The notes under the pieces are model-generated. The model made no database searches and was not told the DNA's origin. It saw only the letters and a list, made by a program, of their open reading frames with translations. A stretch of DNA of 57,601 nt, the filler included, from Jimgerdemannia flammicorona (Eukaryota), in the NCBI GenBank assembly GCA_003990765.1. It is 3 parts of 3 records of this genome, joined end to end, with 100 filler letters (N's around TTAATTAATTAA, not from the genome) between each part and the next. Parts side by side here need not be neighbours in the genome. Positions count along the whole stretch, not along the records: positions 38,471 to 57,601 come from RBNJ01002019.1; 2 more parts are not named here. One strand, written 5' to 3'. A program made the position numbers and the translations under genes. Shown piece after piece: positions 50,501 to 57,601 of this stretch; the stretch's first letter is position 1, and every line of letters begins with the position of its first letter.

Positions 50501-52438
50501 TTCGTTTTAAGGGAATGACATTGGCCACGAAGGAGCAAGCACCCTAGCCGAGTCTCTGAAGGACACGACTTTAGTCCAACTGAATCTTTCCTGTATGCCA
50601 GATCTGTGTGAAGTACTGTGTGGAGCTGCGTGATAGAATTAAGCTCACGATCTGTGCGTGTTCGATCATTCCCTGTTTATGTTCAGACAATAGCATCGGC
50701 AACAAAGGGGCAATCGCCCTAGCTGAGGCTCTGAAGCAGAACACAACATTGACCAAGCTGAATTTCGAAAGTATGTCAGAGCTGTATGGGACATGGTGTG
50801 CAGCAGCGTAATGATATCTTGCTCACAATCTGTGCATATTTGTTCATATCAGACAACACCATGGGTTATGTGCCATAGCCGAATCTTTGAATCACAACAC
50901 AACCTTAACCGAGCTGAATCTCTCCCGTATGTCAGAACTCTGTGTAGCATTATATGCAGCTGCATGGTGAAATTAAACTCACGACTGTACGAGTTCGCTC
51001 ATTCTATTCATGTTCAGACAACGCCATTGACCACCAGGGAGCATGCGCCCTAGCCGAATCTTTGAAGCAGAACACGACCTTGACCAAGCTGAATCTCTCC
51101 AGTATGTCAGAACTTTGTGTAGCATTATGTGCAGCTGCGTGATGAAGTTAAACTCACGACTGTGCGTGTTTGCTTATTCCCTGTCCATGTTCAGACAACA
51201 GCATTGGCCACGAAGGAGCACGCGCCCTAGCTGAGTCTCTGAAGCAGAACACGACCTTGACCGAGCTTAATCTCTGCGGTATGTCTGAACTATGTAAAGC
51301 ATTGCGCGCAGCTGCGTAATGGAATAAAGCTCGCAATCTGTGCGTATTCGCTCATCCCCTGTTCGTTTGAAGAGAATGACATTGGCCACGAGGGTGCATG
51401 CGCCCTAGCCGAGTCTTTGAAGCGGAACACGACCTTGACCGAGCTGAATCTCCAAGGTATGTCTGGACCGTGTGAAGCATTGTGTGCAGCTGCGTGATGG
51501 AATGAAGCTCACATGCCTGTGTGCGTTAACTCGTTTTAAGAAAATAAGATTGGCCAGGAGGGTGTACGCGCCCTAGCCGAGTCTCTGAAGCAGAACACGA
51601 CCTTGACCGAGCTGAATCTCCAAGGTATGTCTGAATTGTGTGAAGCATTGTGCGTAGCTGAGTAATGGAGGGATTTATGCGTGTTCGCTCATCTCCTGTT
51701 CATATTCAGACAACAGCATTGGCCAGGAGGATGCACGCGCCCTAGCTGAATCTCTAAAGCAGAACACGACCTTGATCAAGCTGAATCTCGAGAGTATGTC
51801 AGAACTATATGAAGCATTGTGTATGGTGGTGCGAAGGAAGTAAACTCACGATCTGTGCATGTTCGCCCATGTTCAGTCAACAGGATTGACCACGAGGGTG
51901 CACGTGCCCTAGCCGGGTCTCTGAAGCAGAACTGGACGTTGACCGCGCTGAATCTCAACAGTATGTCGGAACTGTATGATAAATTGTGTGCAGCAGCATA
52001 ATGGAATCAAGTTCATGATCCGTGCGTTTGCTCTTCCATTGTTCATGTTCAGACAACTTCATTGGCGACGAGGGGGTACGCGCCCTAGCCGAGTCTCTGA
52101 AGCAGAATACGACCTTGACCAAGCTGCATATCTTCTGTATGTCTGAACTGTGTGTAGCATTATGTGCAGCTGCACGATGGAATGATGCTCATGATTTGTG
52201 CGTGCTCGCTTATACCCGGTTCATATTCAGCAACCGGCATCAGCCACGAGGGGGCACGCGCCCTAGCTGGGTCTCTGATCTGAATCTCGAAGTATGTGAA
52301 AACTGTGTGAGTGTTGTGCAGCGTCGTAATGGAATCAAGCTCACGATTTCAGCGTGTTCTCTCCCTGATCCTTTGATAGCAGCATATGACGATGTGATCA
52401 GTACCATAACTGGGTCTCTGGAATGGATCAGACCATAG
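44536..52438 (+). CDS. Tyrosine-kinase-like (non-RD) kinase followed by a 35-cassette LRR array; carries apparent frameshifts (possible pseudogene); 5' end unresolved
   Basis: Kinase motifs WIP..EL, AEGGFAKVY, VAAKEL, HEDLHAGN, IDVGLS, YFPPE, KSDVYCLG, CWHLDPNRRPS (44740-45600). Linker exons at 45997-46014 and 46140-46196, LRR exons 46291-52291, terminal exon 52380-52438 ending TAG. Confidence 0.8.
46291..52291 (+). repeat. Tandem array of 35 exon+intron cassettes (~170-bp period), each encoding one 28-aa RI-like LRR (consensus xNSIGHEGARALAESLKQNTTLTxLNLx)
   Basis: Each unit is AG | 84-nt exon | GT donor (mostly GTATG), followed by a mutually homologous intron. Counted by eye: 31 exons of 84 nt, one of 81 nt (50512-50592) and three frame-breaking (46618-46702, 50853-50926, 52231-52291). 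Confidence 0.95.
47901..48008 (+). repeat. Intronic minisatellite (TGTGTGAAGCAT)x9
   Basis: Nine tandem copies of a 12-mer that occurs singly in the other cassette introns. Confidence 0.95.
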
Positions 52439-52881
52439 CAGATATTAGAATGTCCCATACAATCTAGTGAATGAGTTGCAAATATGTAATATGAAAAATT
52501 GTGAACTTTAACTGTTCTCATTAGTTTAAATGCTAGCATATGTTTGTTGAAATAGTATATATATAAAGCTTAATTGGTGCTCTGAATTAATCTAGTTAAC
52601 TTAAATTAATAGTATTTCAAATTTATTACAATTATTAGAACATGAGTAGTATTTATTTAATCAACTTGGAATCAACATCTGAACCAATACTCTAATAACA
52701 TATAAAGCTAATTTTAAAAACACTTTATTATTTAAATAATATAGCTATATGGTTTAAGACCAAACTGAAATATGTAATCCAGTATAGTCTCAACATAGAT
52801 TTTTAAATAGATTGATCAATACCATACAAGTGGTATAATAAGATAGGTTCAATCTCCATAGTAATTATATTTATTTGCAAG

Positions 52882-52985
<104 letters not shown>

Positions 52986-53057
52986 GCTTGGCTTGGCTTG
53001 GCTTGTATTATTATTGTTATTGCACTCGTAGTCCGTGAAGGTGTTGCGCTTAGAGAC

Positions 53058-53133
53058 CATTGTTTGGCTGGACTCTACTCCAACCAGGGCAAGTACGACA
53101 AGGCGGAGCCGTTGTACGAACAGGCGCTGGCGT
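53058..53133 (+). pseudogene. Isolated TPR repeat fragment (kinesin-light-chain/NLR type)
   Basis: LAGLYSNQGKYDKAEPLYEQALA matches the 42-aa TPR consensus; no start context, and the frame shifts or ends soon after. Confidence 0.75.
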
Positions 53134-53491
53134 TCTTTGGGATCAGAGCACTCTAACACGGCAACATTTCTAGCTGTTGTTCTATGTCACGCCTATTGGT
53201 CTAGAAACTGCTAGCCTGACTCAGAGCAGAACGTCTATTTGAGTCGCTGCCGATTAAGAGTTGCCAGTCTTCAACATTGGGCAACGACAATGGCGTTTAA
53301 AATTAAAATTTATACAATTTGTTGGTGATTCTATATATATATTTTTTTTTTTTTTTTTTTTTTTGACGAACCAGCCATCGAATACAGATCCAGTACTGTA
53401 TAGACTGGAACTCCCATCCCTCCAAAACGCCTCTATACATACAATATAATCGTATCTGGTTCATCGACAATAAATAGCCCCTCGCCCTACC

Positions 53492-56369
53492 TTATGCATC
53501 ACACCCGCCCTCCTCTCCCCCCGGCGTCAAGGCCTTCTGTAAGCTAAAGAACGTACTGAGAACCATGACGACGGCGCCGAAGGCTATGCATACCAGGTGG
53601 GGCAACTTTTTGAGGGTCAATACGGGTCCCGAGGCCAGGCGCAGATAACACATGGGCGGCAGGATGAAGGCCAGGGCGGTGGCGGAGAAGCCACCAGTGA
53701 GCTCGAGGACGAAGCCGAGGTTGCAGGTGACGAGGGCGATGAGCATCGACACTAGAACCAGCAGAGTCGTCAGGATCACATGCCGGGTGAGGGAGAAGGT
53801 GCGGTTGTGGTAGAAGTAATGCTCAATCACCTATGTGGGTTGAGATTAAGGTTGGTGTGGGATATTGAAATGGGTTAGAATCGCTTCAAAGTAAAGATAC
53901 GTGTAATGATTCGACACAAAGAACAACAAAGCTCACCTCGCGACACACAAAAGTCTCAAGCGGTAGGGTCGTGAACATGTTGAGGCCGAAGCAAAAACGA
54001 GCAATATTGATGATGAAATCATTTTGCGGAAAGTTGTTGAGAATATTGCCTGTGTACCGTATTAAGTTTGTCACTTTCCAGATCCGACATAAAGCAACCA
54101 GAAGCTAGCCAATGCTATATCCACCGAAACTCAATTCACGCAAACACCAAACCATCCCGATAGCCTTAGCTTACCTGTTGTCCGGTCTGTGAACACAGCA
54201 TATCCACCCAACGCCAACATTAGGCACGCGAGAAGCGAGATAAACATGCTCAAATGTGTGACAAGGGCGAACCGATTCAGCGATGGCTGCTTCAAGGAAC
54301 CAAAGATGAGGAAGCTGTTGTGATGACAGACAAAGGCTGCGAGACGGGCGCAGCAACCGAAAGTATATAAGAGCATTAATTAATAGAGATGGCTTCACTT
54401 ATAAAGGAAAATCACAACGAAACCCCACAAAGAGTGGAGTTTTATCCACAAGCTCCACATCACCCTTCACTCACCAAAGCTAATAACGCCAATGGCCTGA
54501 AATACTTCCGCGTGTACGAAATCGAACGCGCCAACGCGGGACCCTCTGAGCTCCGGTGGCATACGAGGCCCCTCGATGATGACCGAAGCGATAATGATGA
54601 CTATAGCAACAAGGGCGAGAGCAGAGGTTTTTGCGAGTTTGGTCATGTCGCGATAGAGACTAAGCGGGTAGGAGACAGAACAGGTGAAGAAGGCAATGAC
54701 GAAGCGGCGATTGGTGAAAAGGTAGAGGATTGGGACGGACGTAATGCGTGGGAAAAGGGAAAGGACCACGTGGGGGATTGTGTCGCCTGCGTAGTGGGAG
54801 CGGGAGGTGAAAACATCGAGTCTCAGAAGTCGGGTGCATGGAATCAGGGTGTGCGCGTCAAGTAAGAACATGGGGGAATGCGTACCAAGAATGACAGAGT
54901 AAGCGCACATGGCTGTAAAGAGTCGCGAGGCAAGGTTTTTGGAATATGTCAACGCAAACCAGCCCAAATTGTACTATATCCTACCAACGGATGACGCGTG
55001 GCATTTCCACCAAACTTTGATAAATCTGACTCATCTACGCACCCCCAAACGCGAACACAAACTGGAACATGGAGATGGCGATCAGCCCAGCGTGCCCGAA
55101 GCAGAAGTACATAAGGTCCTGGTAGGTGTTGCACCCGGCTAGTTTGCCGTTGTGCATCAAGAGCCGCACCGTCCAGTCTGTTTCAGGTGGTCCAAGAAAG
55201 TGAGTGGTGTCAATGTGATGATACGACCAAGCAAACAGGACTGAGAGAAATAATAATACGTACCAACAGTCCACGTCAGGCTGACAAGGAGGAGCAGGCC
55301 CATCCAAAACCCCTGTTTGATATGGTAAAGAAGACAATAGTCATCAGTAATTATCATGATCATTTACAACATGAAGAGAATATTGATAAGGGTGCGGAAT
55401 TGTATACGCCATCTGAAATAGAAGTCCAGCGCATCACTCTATACCCCCCTCCTCCCTTCTGCTTCAGATTCTTACTCTCATACTCTGAATTCGCCTAGAA
55501 CCAGTTTATCAACAAAACTAGTACGAACCGCTTCTCGGAATGAATATGGCAGCCCAATGATACCTATTTTTTATTTTTTATTTTTTTGGCAATGATCGAT
55601 AGATGGAGGAACAAATTAACTAACCTCACCAAACGCAGCGCCTGAAACTGGCAAATCAAATACGTGCATCCCACCATATCGCTAAAGATTAGAAATCGTT
55701 TCTTACCAGCGCCTATGATACTGTTTGCCATGTTCAGCTATAGGTTGATATAATGGATAGAGAGGGGATATAGAAATTAGAAGATGTGCCTCAAAGCAGT
55801 TCCATTCAATTTCGAGGTCCGAATATGCCAGTAGAAAGGCGGCACATCTGCGCTCTGATCCGCTTTCAAAAATACAAGCGCTTCTCTCCCAGCACCTCTC
55901 CACCCCGTCTCAAGCACTCCTCTCACGCCTTCCCTCAATTTCAATGCATATCCCTTGACCAACTAGACTGTCATGCTCTTGTCTGGAAACTCACAAAGCT
56001 TTCCAAAATTGTCCCGCCATCCATGGGTGTCTTGATGGGGTCGTCATCCCGCATTGTCACGTCTCTTGCCGCCTCGTCGCCGTCCTCATCCTCATCGTCC
56101 TCCTGCGACAGTAAGTGCAGCGGCATCGTCTCCTCATACGAACCACCATAGCCGTCGTAGTCGTTCCGCTTGCCGTTCCTTGTCTCTACTTCATTGCTGC
56201 GGTCGAGGGTGAAAGAGTGGGATCTCTTTGGTGACGGGAGCGCCGACACCGAAGTGGGTGATGGGGAGGTAGAGGGATTGCGGATCTCGGGTAGGTTGTC
56301 TACGGAGTCGTTTGTGAAAGATGTGCGCGAGACGGGCTGGTAGCCGTTTGAAGATGAATGGGCTGCCAT
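53492..56369 (-). CDS. AVT2: Amino acid transporter, Aa_trans family (Avt2/SLC38A11-like), multi-exon
   Basis: FNMANSIIGA, GLPYSFRE, MFQFVFAFGG, YPLSLYRDMTKLAKTS, FQAIGVISF/AFVCHHNSFLIFGSLK, GNILNNFP, NMFTTLPLETFVCREV, LGFVLELTGGFSATALAFILPP. Confidence 0.9.
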
Positions 56370-56545
56370 GTTCTTTCGAGTCCGAATATTCCAAGCCACG
56401 GGTTTAATATACCGGCTGGTGACGTCACATCCGATCATCTGAATCGCCAAGCCACCGAATGGCGGGAAATTTCTAATTCCTATATTTAACAATGCTTTCA
56501 TTGGGAGTGGAGCGAAGCAACAAAACAACCGACTAAATTCACCAT

Positions 56546-56603
56546 CCCAGAACTTCATGATACTACCGCTCCCAGAACTTCATGATACTACCGCTCCCAG
56601 AAC
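56546..56603. repeat. 25-bp tandem duplication CCCAGAACTTCATGATACTACCGCT (2.3 copies) upstream of the transporter
   Basis: Direct repeat visible at 56546-56570 and 56571-56595, plus a partial third copy. Confidence 0.85.
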
Positions 56604-56692
56604 CTGCTCGCGTTCAGGACCATCTCCACCTCGTCGTGATCTGACCGAAGCTCGCACCCCCGCCGCACGGACCACGCCTGCACCGCGCGCCA

Positions 56693-57103
56693 CTACACCT
56701 CGAACCCGGTGCGATGGATGAAGATCATCTTCTGGGGCGGGTTCATGACACCGGGATCCGTCTTGCGCCGTCTGTACTCGTGTGCCGCCGCATCCATCGG
56801 CATCCCCACGATCTCAATGTAGGCCAACTCGTCCGCCTGCGACGCGACCAGGAGGCCGATCTCCAGCTCCGCACCATCGAAACAGTACAGGCCGATGTAT
56901 CCGATCAGTGTGGCTTCCCCGGACTCATCGGAAACGCGATGCGCCAGGAAGTCGTTCTTGTACTCAGCCGGCTCGTATCTCGTCCGAGCGGCATCCCACT
57001 TGATGCCACGCAAGCGTAGGGTCGGATCTGACGTATTGCAGCAGGATCGCGATCTGCGAAAGTTGGGCAGGCGTGAGAGAGTGATGTTGATGGTTGACAC
57101 GAT
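56693..57103 (-). CDS. Last exon of an unidentified gene that starts further right, probably beyond the window
   Basis: GC-rich, stop-free, coding-like frame ending TAG at 56693, with a plausible CAG acceptor near 57105. No family recognised. Confidence 0.5.
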   Translation of the reverse strand: MVSTINITLSRLPNFRRSRSCCNTSDPTLRLRGIKWDAARTRYEPAEYKNDFLAHRVSDESGEATLIGYIGLYCFDGAELEIGLLVASQADELAYIEIVGMPMDAAAHEYRRRKTDPGVMNPPQKMIFIHRTGFEV

Positions 57104-57601
57104 TTCTGGTTCGAATGGTGAGAAAGAATTGTGGTGCTCGCAATAGTGGATGTCAATTTGTATGCGCAATTATATGTATATATTAAAAAAAAAAAAAAAA
57201 GACTTGGCCACATAAATGGAAATGTTGTGCGCGGTGTATATACCTACTGTTTTCCGAGCATTCTGATTTATTTACAGGAACCTGCGGTTGCTGCGGTATC
57301 AGAAAGGCTTCCGTTCTGTACTACAGTTCGGCCTTTTGACACATTTCTTGAAATGAGCCGCAGCCCAACTTAATCAAAAGTCAATGCTTAGGCAACTGTT
57401 TTGATGTCACTATTCAGAGGTGAATTACAATAATACAAAAAACATTCCAAGAAAACAGCGATAAATGATACATTTCGAAGGACAAAACAGAGGTAAATAA
57501 TAGCCAATACTATGTATAGATGAACAAAGCGATATTCATGTGGTCAACAATGGACTTAGGGACAGTCCGATCAGAGAATCATTTTCAAGGTAGTAGGAGA
57601 A

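Noticed and set aside
46291..52291. CRISPR-like repeat-spacer array
   Set aside because: The units are GT-AG exon/intron cassettes encoding LRRs, the intervening parts are homologous to each other rather than unique spacers, and no cas genes are present.

Overview
Intron-rich eukaryotic DNA from a fungus. An early-diverging, Mucoromycota/Endogonales-like origin is inferred from gene content and is not proven. Two gene-dense blocks flank a ~21.5 kb nested transposon island (about 16.9-38.4 kb, with two assembly gaps). The left block holds a membrane protein, RAE1/Gle2, a NELF-C/D (TH1) homologue, an unknown ORF and a hybrid histidine kinase whose ATP-binding boxes and receiver Asp are degenerate. 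The island holds LINE (L1/Tx1-like) copies, a decayed hAT transposon carrying a fold-back MITE (8-bp TSD), a full-length dUTPase-encoding Gypsy element, a second Gypsy copy and Copia/Gypsy relics; apart from one CpG-rich hAT-type end, these show strong CpG (and, in old copies, CpA) C->T decay. The right block holds FZO1/mitofusin, a kinase-LRR locus, a TPR relic, an AVT2-like amino-acid transporter and the 3' end of an unknown gene. The most striking element is the kinase-LRR locus: a non-RD tyrosine-kinase-like domain followed by 35 tandem exon+intron cassettes, each a symmetric phase-1 exon (normally 84 nt) encoding one 28-aa RI/NLRC3-type LRR. The array has hypervariable ligand-face residues, recent cassette copying and a few broken cassettes, which makes it a candidate modular immune-receptor diversification system. 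Exon boundaries were read by eye and no database searches were run.
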